From: Gemmatimonas sp.
GTDB taxonomy: Bacteria; Gemmatimonadota; Gemmatimonadetes; Gemmatimonadales; Gemmatimonadaceae
Assembly (NCBI GenBank): GCA_965279375.1
Contig: OZ257156.1
Location: 2,400,001-2,464,000 of the forward strand
Length of the DNA: 64,000 nucleotides
Direction: 5' to 3'
A program made the translations under genes and the position numbers. This document shows positions 19,763-28,859 of this stretch, piece by piece (the stretch's first letter is position 1; every line of letters starts with the position of its first letter). Below the pieces are notes generated by a model that was not told the DNA's origin, did not search any database, and saw only the letters and a program-made list of their open reading frames with translations.

Positions 19763-21459
19763 GGGTGGTAAACCTCTTTGCCGCCTACGTACGTGGACAG
19801 GACCTTGGTGCGCAGTACCAGCTCGGCCGGCACGCGCATGATGTCCTGATCGAGGATCACGAAGTCCGCAAACTTGCCGGCCGTGATGGAGCCCATGTCC
19901 TTCTCCTGAAATGCGGCGTAGGCCGGCCACAGCGTCATGCTGCGCAGCGCCTCTTCACGTGTCATGCGCTGCTCGGGGAACCAGCCGCCCGCTGGCCAGT
20001 CGTTCGCGTCCTGTCGCGCGATGGCCGCATGGAACGAGATCAGCGGATTCACGAGTTCAACCGGAAAATCGCTGCCGTTCGGAATCACGACGCCGCTGTT
20101 GATGAGCGAGCGCCACGCGTACGCACCAAGCACACGCGTTGACCCCAGCCGCTTGCCGATCCAGTACATGTCGCTCGACTGATGGCTCGCCTGCATGGAG
20201 GGAATCACGCCCAACTGTGCGAAGCGCGGAATGTCGTCGTAGTTGAGGATCTGCGCGTGCTCCACGCGAAAGCGATGATCGACCGTCGGTACCGTACGCA
20301 GCGCGGCTTCGTACGCATCCAGCACCACGCGATTGCCGCGATCGCCGATCGCGTGCGTGTTCACCTGGAAGCCCGCCTTGAGTGCGCGTTCGGCGACCTC
20401 GCGGATGTGCGCCGGTGCACTGAGCAACAGCCCGGTGTTGTTGGGGTCATCGGAGTACGGCTCGAGCAGCGCTGCGCCGCGCGAGCCCATCGCGCCGTCG
20501 GCGTAGAGCTTGATCGCGCGCACCCACAACTGACCGTTGTAGAGCGCCGAGCGCGGGCCGACGTTGAGGTAGTGCGCGACCGCGGCGGAGTCATCGCCGA
20601 TCATCACGTACAGTCGGAGATTGAGATCTCCCGACTTGGCCATCTCCTCATAAAGGTCGATCGCGCTGCGCGACGCGCCCGCGTCGTGCACGCCCGTGAG
20701 TCCCCAGCGATGAATCTCGCTGACCGCATCAACTAGAGCGGCGCGGAACTGCGCCGTAGTCGGCGCTGGTACCTTGCGCGTCACCAGCTCGTTGGCGTTG
20801 TCCACAAGCACACCGGTGGGCGCGCCCTGCGCATCGCGCAGAATCTTGCCGCCGCTTGGGTCTTTCGTGGCTGACGTGAGTGCGGCAATGCGCATCGCTG
20901 CGGCATTGGCCAGCACTGCGTGTCCGTCCACGCGTTCCAGCACGACAGGATGGTCAGGGAGGGCGGCCGAGAGTTTGTCGTGCGTGGGGAAACGCGTATC
21001 GCCCCATGCGTTCTGATCCCAGCCACGTCCCTCGATCCAGCTGCCCTTCGGAATCGACCTGGCGCGCTCCACCACGCGTGCGATGACTTCGTCGTAACTG
21101 CGCGTGCCCACCAGATCGACACTGCGCAGCTTCTGCGCGAGGCCGCCGAAGTGCGCGTGCGCGTCTACCATGCCGGGAATGACTGTGCGTCCCTGTGCGT
21201 CAACCACACGCGTGGCCGCCCCCTTGAGCACCGCCGCCTCGCGCTGCGATCCCACGAACACGATCCGTCCGTCGCGCACGGCGAATGCTTCCACCTGTGG
21301 GCGCGACTCATCGGCAGTGTAGACGCGCGCGTTCGTGACGATGAGGTCGGCGGGGGGCGTGCGCTGCGCCGCGAGCGGCAACGAGAGCAAAGCGTTCGCA
21401 GCGGTCAGTGCGCCGAGTCTGACGGCGGAACGGACGATTGGACGAAGTGAAGCGTGCAT
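19759..21459 (-). CDS. Exported amidohydrolase (YtcJ/Amidohydro_3 family)
   Basis: PGMVDAHAH, KLYADGAMGSRGA, HAIGDR, EHAQ, GSDFPV. Signal-peptide-like N-terminus. Confidence 0.9.
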   Translation of the reverse strand: MHASLRPIVRSAVRLGALTAANALLSLPLAAQRTPPADLIVTNARVYTADESRPQVEAFAVRDGRIVFVGSQREAAVLKGAATRVVDAQGRTVIPGMVDAHAHFGGLAQKLRSVDLVGTRSYDEVIARVVERARSIPKGSWIEGRGWDQNAWGDTRFPTHDKLSAALPDHPVVLERVDGHAVLANAAAMRIAALTSATKDPSGGKILRDAQGAPTGVLVDNANELVTRKVPAPTTAQFRAALVDAVSEIHRWGLTGVHDAGASRSAIDLYEEMAKSGDLNLRLYVMIGDDSAAVAHYLNVGPRSALYNGQLWVRAIKLYADGAMGSRGAALLEPYSDDPNNTGLLLSAPAHIREVAERALKAGFQVNTHAIGDRGNRVVLDAYEAALRTVPTVDHRFRVEHAQILNYDDIPRFAQLGVIPSMQASHQSSDMYWIGKRLGSTRVLGAYAWRSLINSGVVIPNGSDFPVELVNPLISFHAAIARQDANDWPAGGWFPEQRMTREEALRSMTLWPAYAAFQEKDMGSITAGKFADFVILDQDIMRVPAELVLRTKVLSTYVGGKEVYHP

Positions 21460-21580
21460 AGGCAGGGCGGAAGGGCAGGGAGCACAGCGCCGCATTCAGT
21501 CGTTCCGGCGCATACCCGTGCTAATAAACAGCGCGCGTGCCAATACGCGACCCATCACGGCGCATCACACCCAGAAATGC

Positions 21581-21613
21581 AAACCGCCCCCGCCGATTGC
21601 TCGACGGGGGCGG
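21581..21613 (-). terminator. Intrinsic terminator after the fasciclin gene
   Basis: Minus strand CCGCCCCCGTCGA-GCAA-TCGGCGGGGGCGG followed by TTTGCATTT. Confidence 0.75.
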
Positions 21614-21635
21614 CGCGACCTGCGGTTGCTGCGAC

Positions 21636-22130
21636 TTACTTCTTGGTCGGCGGCAGGAGCACTGCGTCGATCACGTGGATCACGCCGTTCTTCGCCACGA
21701 TGTCCGTCTTCACGACGTTGGCCTGGTTCACCATCACCATCTTGCCTTCAGCCATGATCTTCACGTCCTGACCTTCGGCGGTCTTGGCCGACTTGCCGTT
21801 CAGCTTCATGACGTCAGCGGCCATGACCTTCGAACCGATGACATGGTACAGGAGCACGTTCTTGAGCGCGGCCTTGTCCTTGCCCAGCGCGGCCAACTGC
21901 GCGGCCGGCACCTTGGCGAACGCTTCGTCCGTCGGCGCGAAGACCGTGAACGGGCCCGGGCCCTTGAGCGTCTCGATCAGGCCAGCGTCCGTGAGGAGCT
22001 TGGCGAGCGTCTTGAACGAACCGGCGGCAACCGCCGTCTCCACGATGTCCTTCTCCTGCGCCTGCGCAGCACGCGGGGCGGCGAACGCGATCACGGCAGC
22101 ACCAGCAACCAGCATCGACAGCTTACGCAT
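21636..22130 (-). CDS. Secreted fasciclin (FAS1) domain protein
   Basis: [29 protein letters not shown]. Signal peptide and RBS GGAG. Confidence 0.95.
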   Translation of the reverse strand: MRKLSMLVAGAAVIAFAAPRAAQAQEKDIVETAVAAGSFKTLAKLLTDAGLIETLKGPGPFTVFAPTDEAFAKVPAAQLAALGKDKAALKNVLLYHVIGSKVMAADVMKLNGKSAKTAEGQDVKIMAEGKMVMVNQANVVKTDIVAKNGVIHVIDAVLLPPTKK

Positions 22131-22192
22131 CAGAAAGCTCCAAAAGTCGGTGTTCGTATGTGAGTAGGACCGGTCGGTCCATACGATCATTG

Positions 22193-22217
22193 AACACGTT
22201 GCCAGACAAGGAGTTCC
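22193..22217 (-). promoter_or_regulatory. Putative ECF-sigma promoter GGAAC-N17-GTT upstream of fasciclin
   Basis: Minus strand GGAACtccttgtctggcaacgtGTT. Confidence 0.5.
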
Positions 22218-22268
22218 AGTGACATGGACTCGTTACGTTCTGGACTTCACGGTCCGATCAGACCCGCA

Positions 22269-24467
22269 TCACACTTCGCGCTTGGGCCCGCGCGCCACGT
22301 ACCAGAGCGGCAGCAAAACACCCAGCACGAAGGCCGCCGCGGCGAACCAGGCCGCTTCGCTCAGCTCGCCCATCGACTTGGCCAGACTGATGGCGTCCGC
22401 GTACGAGTCGCCACTGGAGAGGCGCGCGACCGCCAGGCCGGCCAGCACCAACCCCGTGATCGCACCGCCCGCGATCAGCCCCGAGGAGAAGAGCACTCCC
22501 GGGCCCGAGTCGGCGTCGCCATGCCCATCCCCCGCCGACTCCGCCTTGGGCTTGCCCGCCCGGTCCACCAGCCAACGCACCATGCCACCGGCAAAGATGC
22601 CGGCCGAGGTCGAGATCGGCAGGTACACGCCGACCGCGACGGCCAGCGACGGAAGTCCCAGCAGCTCCATCGCGATCGCCAGGAACGCGCCGATCAACAC
22701 GAGCCCCCACGGCAGACGCTGCGTGAGGATGCCGTCCACCACCAGCGCCATGATCTGCGCCTTGGGCGAGTCTAGTTTGCGCACCTCGCGCCCCGTGTAG
22801 TCCACCGGCTCGCGCCCGCCAATGCCGGGATCGACCAGATACTGAATGGTGCCCGCCGCATCCACGAGATACTTGCCCGCCGGTGCATTCCCCTGCGCTT
22901 CGTACAGGTGCGCCACGTTGTAGGTCTTGCCGTCGCGCAGCGTCTCCGTGACGCCCGCTTCCATCGCGTCCACTTTCACGCCAGGAAAGTCGCGCTTCAC
23001 AATCGTCTGCCCGCTCACGTTGAGCGCGTTGATGATGAACCCCACGAGAATAGCACTCGTGGTCACACCCGCGAACAAGCCGATCTGCTGACGCGCAGGC
23101 GTCGCGCCGACAAGAAATCCGGTTTTGAGATCCTGTGAGGTGGCGCCGGCCACCGCGGCGGCGATGCATACCACGCCGCCAATCGAAAGCGCCAACACGC
23201 GGTGCTCGATCTTGGTCCAGCCGACCGCCAGAAAGATCAGCGATGTCATCAACACCGCCGCCACGGTCATCCCCGAAATGGGATTCGCCGAGGCGCCGAT
23301 CTGTCCGGTCACGCGACTCGATACGGTGACGAACAGGAAGGCGAAGAACACTGCGAGCAAGGCGCCAACGAAATTGATGCCGATCTGCGGCAACGCCACC
23401 ATCGCAATCACGCAGCCGACCACACCGAGCAACACCACGCTCATCGGCAAGTCGCGCATGGTGCGCAGCGTGGATGCCGCCGTCGACGCGTCGTTGCGCT
23501 TCCCCATGCCGCCAACGCCCGCCACCAGCGCGCCCAAGATCGTCGGCAGTGCACGCGCAAGGTTGATCAAACCCGCCGCCGTCACTGCGCCTGCGCCGAT
23601 ATAGAAGACGTAGTTGGAGCGCACCTGACCGGCGCTCATCTCGGAGATCTTGATCGTCGCCGGAAAGATCGTCTCCGTCAGCCCAGCGCCGAACAACTTG
23701 ATGGCGGGAATGAGCACGAAGTACGACAGCAGACCGCCGCCAAACAGATAGCCCGCGATCCTGGGGCCGATGATGAATCCGACACCCGTCAACTCGGGAC
23801 TCACTTCGACCTGCATCTCGCCGATGAACTCCTTCTTCCCACCGCCGATCAATCGTTCGAACGTGCGCTTGGGCACCTCGGCCCACAGATGCAATCCGGC
23901 GTTAAGGAACTTGTAGAGCGCGCCCAAGCCAAATCCCATAAACACCGTGCGTGCCTGCGCGCCGCGCTCTTCACCAACGATCAGCACCTCTGCGCACGCC
24001 GTGCCCTCGGGATAGGTGAGCGACCCGTGCTCCTCCACGATCAAGTTGCGTCGCAGTGGAATCATCAGCAGGACGCCGAACAGTCCACCCACGAGCGCGA
24101 TCGCCGCCACCTTGGTCCACGGCAGCGCGTAGCCGAGCAGCAGCAGCGCGGGCAATGTGAAGACGGTGCCCGCCGCGATCGACTCGCCGGCTGATCCCGT
24201 CGTCTGCACGATGTTGTTGCGCAGGATCTGCGGGCCGGTCGCGCCCATTGCCTGCTGCACCGCGCGGAAGATCGTGATGCTCAACACCGCGATCGGAATC
24301 GAGGCGCTGACGGTGAGTCCGACCTTGAGCGCCAGATACACACTCGATGCCGCGAAGACGAGCCCGAGCAGCATGCCGAGCAGCACGGCCGACACGGTCA
24401 GTTCAACGGGCTCGCGATCGGCGGGGATGTACGGCTGATAACTCTGCTGATTGCTCGGCGCAGACAT
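22269..24467 (-). CDS. OPT-family oligopeptide transporter
   Basis: YLALKVGLTVSASIPIAV, NNIVQTTGSAGES, YPEGTACAEV, QDLKTGFLVGATP. Confidence 0.93.
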   Translation of the reverse strand: MSAPSNQQSYQPYIPADREPVELTVSAVLLGMLLGLVFAASSVYLALKVGLTVSASIPIAVLSITIFRAVQQAMGATGPQILRNNIVQTTGSAGESIAAGTVFTLPALLLLGYALPWTKVAAIALVGGLFGVLLMIPLRRNLIVEEHGSLTYPEGTACAEVLIVGEERGAQARTVFMGFGLGALYKFLNAGLHLWAEVPKRTFERLIGGGKKEFIGEMQVEVSPELTGVGFIIGPRIAGYLFGGGLLSYFVLIPAIKLFGAGLTETIFPATIKISEMSAGQVRSNYVFYIGAGAVTAAGLINLARALPTILGALVAGVGGMGKRNDASTAASTLRTMRDLPMSVVLLGVVGCVIAMVALPQIGINFVGALLAVFFAFLFVTVSSRVTGQIGASANPISGMTVAAVLMTSLIFLAVGWTKIEHRVLALSIGGVVCIAAAVAGATSQDLKTGFLVGATPARQQIGLFAGVTTSAILVGFIINALNVSGQTIVKRDFPGVKVDAMEAGVTETLRDGKTYNVAHLYEAQGNAPAGKYLVDAAGTIQYLVDPGIGGREPVDYTGREVRKLDSPKAQIMALVVDGILTQRLPWGLVLIGAFLAIAMELLGLPSLAVAVGVYLPISTSAGIFAGGMVRWLVDRAGKPKAESAGDGHGDADSGPGVLFSSGLIAGGAITGLVLAGLAVARLSSGDSYADAISLAKSMGELSEAAWFAAAAFVLGVLLPLWYVARGPKREV

Positions 24468-24531
24468 GCGGGGCTGCCGGAGAGGAGAGGAGGGCAACGC
24501 GCCGGCGACGCCGGCGCGTCGACAGGCGAGG

Positions 24532-25128
24532 CTACACGACGGAGAGGATCAGCCCTTCGAGAATCTGCAGACCGAAGTAGGCGACGATCACCGTGATGTC
24601 GATCATGCCGATCGTCGGGATGACGCGGCGCAACGGCGCGAGAATCGGCTCAGTGATCACGAACGCCCAGCGCCACCACTTGGAATACGCCGAACCACCC
24701 ACCCAGCTCGCGATGACACGCGCGAAGAGCGCGATGCGCAGGATGCCGAAGGTCCAGCGAATGAGCATGCCGATGATTCCGCCCGGACCCGAGGACGTGG
24801 CAAAGGCCATCATCGCCAGCTGGTCACGCAGGAACTGCACGCCGGAGAGCAGGACGAGCCCGCCGAGCACCACGGCCGCAAGCGTCCACCAGGGCGCGGA
24901 ATAGGGCGTCCCACCAGCTCGGAGCAGCTTCCGCTCCATGGGCGCGATCAGCCACGGGTCCACGCGTTCACGCATGAAGCGCGCGACGGGTGAGAATGGC
25001 TGGATACGGCGCGTGCGAACGCTGTACGAGAGCGCGGCCGCGAGCGCGGTGAAGGCGCCTGCCGCGAAAACGACCGGGCGCAGGACGCCAACCAGCAGAT
25101 CAAGAATTCCGATGACAGGTCCGAACAT
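24532..25128 (-). CDS. yggT: YggT-family membrane protein
   Basis: RVIASWV, TEPILAPLRRVIPTIGMIDIT. Confidence 0.85.
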   Translation of the reverse strand: MFGPVIGILDLLVGVLRPVVFAAGAFTALAAALSYSVRTRRIQPFSPVARFMRERVDPWLIAPMERKLLRAGGTPYSAPWWTLAAVVLGGLVLLSGVQFLRDQLAMMAFATSSGPGGIIGMLIRWTFGILRIALFARVIASWVGGSAYSKWWRWAFVITEPILAPLRRVIPTIGMIDITVIVAYFGLQILEGLILSVV

Positions 25129-25166
25129 GCGGGAAAGATACCCGCAGAGCGCCGCCAGCGTTCAGC

Positions 25167-27320
25167 CTACCACCCCGCGGAACGCCGAACGAACGGCGCG
25201 AGTGTCTCCGCGACACGGCGACTGCCCGCGAGGCTCAGGTGGTTGTTGTCGGAATACAGCAGGGCGCCGTCCCACATGCCACGGCATTCCCGGGTATCGC
25301 AGAATGCACCGCTCGCGTCGAACTGCTGCACGCCGGGGTGCGCGGTCGCCAACTGCTCCAGTAGCGTCCAATAGTCGGCGTTGCGCTTCGCGAACGCAGT
25401 AAGCGGAACGCTGCACGGTGACCGCTTCTCCCGGAGCCCGAGAGGCCGGCCGGTCACGCAGTCACTCGGTGTGAAGCCGAGTTCCGGCACGTCGCGCACG
25501 AGGATCACGCGCTTGCCCGCATCCTCGAGCGCGCGGATGGTTCGCGACAGTCCGGTCTTGAACAACTCTTCCTGCGACGCGGAAGTCGACGCCTCCGGTG
25601 CGACGGAACGCAGCGTCCATCGCACTTCGGATTCGACCCGCCCAAAGCCGAGACCCTTGGTGTAAACCGGGCCGCGCGAAACGAGAAGCACGGTCCTGAC
25701 CTCTGGCAGCCCCGCGAGATAGGCGATCGATGCGCGTGTCGACGCGGTGCACTTGGGATCGTACTTGGCGTTGATCGCCTGGATGTCGAGCAGCGGCGCG
25801 CATCCTGACTGTCCGATCATCAGCACGCTGCGATCGGGCATCGACTCTGCAAGCCCGGGGTAGAGGACCTCGGCGTGACTGTCGCCGAAGACCGCCACCT
25901 CAGCGGGAGCCAACTTGCTACGGTAGCACCTCGCGGGCTGCACGCGATCATCGGCGAATGTGCACGCTTCCCGCACGGCCGGATGGTCGCGCATTGCTTC
26001 CCGAGATGCGGCTGCGAGCACCGCGACTTCGTCGACGGAGTCGGTTGGCGCGTAGCGCGACGGGATCCCGCGCATCGCGACCGTCGACACGCCGGCGCCC
26101 ACGATGAGCAGGAGTGGCAACAGCGCGAGTCGGATGCCCCGAAGTTGTAGCGTGCGATTGCTGTTGAAGCGCTTCCCCATTCGCTGCGCGGGACGCTCGA
26201 TGAACTCGTACGTGAGATACGCCAGCAGGATCGAGAGCATCGCGATGGGCAGCTTGATCAGTCGCATGTCCGCCGTCGACAGGCCGAGATCGGTGCCCAC
26301 GATGCGGAAGAACGAGAGCAGAGGCCAGTGCCAGAGGTACAGCGGATAGCTGATCAAGCCGAACCACACGGCAATCGGATTGCCGAGGACGAATCGCCCG
26401 ATCACAGTGCCGGAACCGGCAGCCAGCAGCAGCACCGTCGCGCTCACCGGCAGCAGCGCCCAAAAGCCCGGGTATGCGGGCGACTCCTTGATGAAGACGA
26501 AGCCGGCGACCAACAGCAGCAACCCGATCACGGACATGGCTTCCCGCACGCCACCCGATGGCTGCGTCCATGCACGGTGCTCACTCGCTCGAGACCGGTG
26601 TGGCGAAAGGAAAACCGCCAAGGCACCGCCAGCCAAAAGCTCCCAGAAGCGCGACGACAGCAGGTAGAAGCCAGCGCTCGGGTTTGCCGTTGCCAGCCAT
26701 CCGCTCAGTCCCAGCGAGACCGCACCCATGCCGAGCATCCACGCCAGCATATGCCGTCGCTTCGCCAGCAGCGCCACGGCCGCCGGCCACACGAGATAGA
26801 ACTGCTCTTCGACGCCGAGCGACCACAGGTGGAGCAGCGGCTTGAATCCTGACGCCGTGTCGAAGTACCCGACCTCTCGCCAGAGCAGCAGGTTGGACGA
26901 GAATAGTCCGGCCGCGACGATATGGCGGCCGAGCGAAACGAACTCGGGGCCGGTTAGTAGCAGTGCGCCCAGCAGCCACGTGCCGGCGAGCGTAACGACG
27001 AGCGCGGGGACGATGCGGCGGCACCGGCGCCAGTAGAACTCGACGTACGAGAAGATGCCCTTTGCGATCTCATCATTCACGATGCGCGTGATGAGGAAGC
27101 CGGAGAGCACGAAGAAAATGTCGACGCCGATGAAGCCGGCCGGAAACAACGCCGGATACAAGTGATTGCACAGGACAGCAATCACGGCGATCGCGCGCAG
27201 CCCGTCGATGTCTCGCCGATGCACGCTCACTACCGACTTCGACAGCGCGGGCCATGGGCTGGCCGCGCGCGTCGGTATCGGGTCGCTGAGCGGAACTGCG
27301 GTCGCGTTCGTGAGCGTCAT
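25167..27320 (-). CDS. AT3-SGNH fused O-acyltransferase (OafA/OatA-like)
   Basis: RRDIDGLRAIAV, GVDIFFVLSG, HLWSLGVEEQFY, SGNH motifs FGDSHA and DNNH. Confidence 0.93.
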   Translation of the reverse strand: MTLTNATAVPLSDPIPTRAASPWPALSKSVVSVHRRDIDGLRAIAVIAVLCNHLYPALFPAGFIGVDIFFVLSGFLITRIVNDEIAKGIFSYVEFYWRRCRRIVPALVVTLAGTWLLGALLLTGPEFVSLGRHIVAAGLFSSNLLLWREVGYFDTASGFKPLLHLWSLGVEEQFYLVWPAAVALLAKRRHMLAWMLGMGAVSLGLSGWLATANPSAGFYLLSSRFWELLAGGALAVFLSPHRSRASEHRAWTQPSGGVREAMSVIGLLLLVAGFVFIKESPAYPGFWALLPVSATVLLLAAGSGTVIGRFVLGNPIAVWFGLISYPLYLWHWPLLSFFRIVGTDLGLSTADMRLIKLPIAMLSILLAYLTYEFIERPAQRMGKRFNSNRTLQLRGIRLALLPLLLIVGAGVSTVAMRGIPSRYAPTDSVDEVAVLAAASREAMRDHPAVREACTFADDRVQPARCYRSKLAPAEVAVFGDSHAEVLYPGLAESMPDRSVLMIGQSGCAPLLDIQAINAKYDPKCTASTRASIAYLAGLPEVRTVLLVSRGPVYTKGLGFGRVESEVRWTLRSVAPEASTSASQEELFKTGLSRTIRALEDAGKRVILVRDVPELGFTPSDCVTGRPLGLREKRSPCSVPLTAFAKRNADYWTLLEQLATAHPGVQQFDASGAFCDTRECRGMWDGALLYSDNNHLSLAGSRRVAETLAPFVRRSAGW

Positions 27321-27504
27321 TCAGCAGCGCATTGAGAGCTTGGGAAAGCGAACCTCACCCATCAGCTCTCACATACTGCAATTGCCGGCCCGCGCGCCGC
27401 GGCGCCAATCACACACGCATTCGGCGGTGGTGATCTGGCGCACCAACCTCTGCTGCGTGCTCAGCTCGTCAGAGTGTGCACGCCTGTGCTACATGCCCTG
27501 CGTT

Positions 27505-28671
27505 CTACTTCAGCACAGCCTTGGCAATGGTCTGCAGCTGCATGTTGCTCGTGCCTTCGTAGATGGTGCCGATCTTGGCGTCACGATAGAACTTCTCCAC
27601 GGGGTACTCGCGCGTGTAGCCGTATCCGCCGAAGAGCTCCACGCACAGCGACGTCATGCGCTCGCACATCTGCGATGCGTACAGTTTGGCCATCGCGCCC
27701 TGCCGCGCGATGTCGTGTCCCGCGTCTTCGAGTCGCGCCGCGTTATAGACGAGCAACCGCGCCGCTTCGAGTTCGGTGGCGACCTGGGCGATCTGAAACT
27801 GGATGCCCTGGAACTCGCTGAGCGACTTGCCGAATTGCTTGCGCTCCTTGAGGTACGCCTTGGTCGCATCCAACGCGCCCTGAGCGACGCCGATCATCTG
27901 CGCGCCGATGCCGATGCGTCCCTTGTTCAGCGTATCGATTGCGATCTTGTACCCGAGTCCGACAGTGCCAAGCACGTTCTCGTCCGGCACGAACGCGTTG
28001 TCGAAGTGCAGCGCGGTGGTGCTCGAGGCACGAATGCCGAGCTTGTCTTCCTTGCGTCCAACCGTGAAGCCGGGTGCGCCGCGTTCCACCACGAACGCCG
28101 TGATGCCCTTGTAGCCGGCCTGCGGATTGGCGTTCGCGAAAACGACGAAGATGTCGGCTTCACCGCCGTTCGTGATCCACGCTTTCGCTCCGCTCAGATT
28201 CCATCCACCGTCGGCGCGCGCCGCCTGCGTGGACAAGCCGAACGCATCGGAGCCCGACCCCGGCTCCGAGAGCGCGTACGCGCCGATCGTTCCCGACGTC
28301 AGGCGCGTGAGGAAGCGCTCCTTCTGCGCCGGCGTGCCGTACCGATTGAGGGGATAGTTCACGAGCGTGTTCTGCACGTCGACCTGAATTGCGGCCGACG
28401 CATCGACCTTGCTCAGCTCCTCGACGGCGAGCGTGACCATCATGAGCGAGCCACCGGCGCCACCGTACTCCTCGGGGAGTTCGATGCCCATCAGACCGAG
28501 CTCGACGAACTTCGCCGTCAGCGACGCTTCGATCTTCCCTGCCTCCTCCATGGCCCGAACGCGGGGACGAACCTCTGACTCGGCGAGCTCGGCCACAGCG
28601 GCGCGAAAGAGTTCCTCTTCTTCGGAGAGCAGCGTGAGCGGGGGACGGGCGGCATCCGGCGTACTGGTCAT
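27505..28671 (-). CDS. Acyl-CoA dehydrogenase (short/branched-chain type)
   Basis: ALSEPGSGSD, KAWITNG, KLGIRASST, RKQFG, IYEGTSNMQ. Confidence 0.95.
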   Translation of the reverse strand: MTSTPDAARPPLTLLSEEEELFRAAVAELAESEVRPRVRAMEEAGKIEASLTAKFVELGLMGIELPEEYGGAGGSLMMVTLAVEELSKVDASAAIQVDVQNTLVNYPLNRYGTPAQKERFLTRLTSGTIGAYALSEPGSGSDAFGLSTQAARADGGWNLSGAKAWITNGGEADIFVVFANANPQAGYKGITAFVVERGAPGFTVGRKEDKLGIRASSTTALHFDNAFVPDENVLGTVGLGYKIAIDTLNKGRIGIGAQMIGVAQGALDATKAYLKERKQFGKSLSEFQGIQFQIAQVATELEAARLLVYNAARLEDAGHDIARQGAMAKLYASQMCERMTSLCVELFGGYGYTREYPVEKFYRDAKIGTIYEGTSNMQLQTIAKAVLK

Positions 28672-28792
28672 GGCGTGCAGCGACTGGGAGGCGGTGACGG
28701 TCAGGCGAGGGAGTGAACCTCCAATCTTCGATAAGGACCGCCCTGAGGCCAGCGGCAAGGGGGCGGTTGACGGTCGATTGGTAAGGCTGAGT

Positions 28793-28809
28793 TCGGCATG
28801 CGACTTGCT
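28793..28809 (+). promoter_or_regulatory. Putative sigma54 (-24/-12) promoter
   Basis: TCGGCATGCGACTTGCT, GG-N10-GC spacing with TTGC, about 50 bp upstream of ATG 28860. Confidence 0.6.
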
Positions 28810-28859
28810 TCCTTGCCGGGGGTGTGCAGGTTTGTTCTCACCCCGTGACGGTGACCGAC

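Noticed and set aside
21527..21543. Sigma54 promoter upstream of the amidohydrolase (TGGCACG on the minus strand)
   Set aside because: The -12 dinucleotide is GT, not GC
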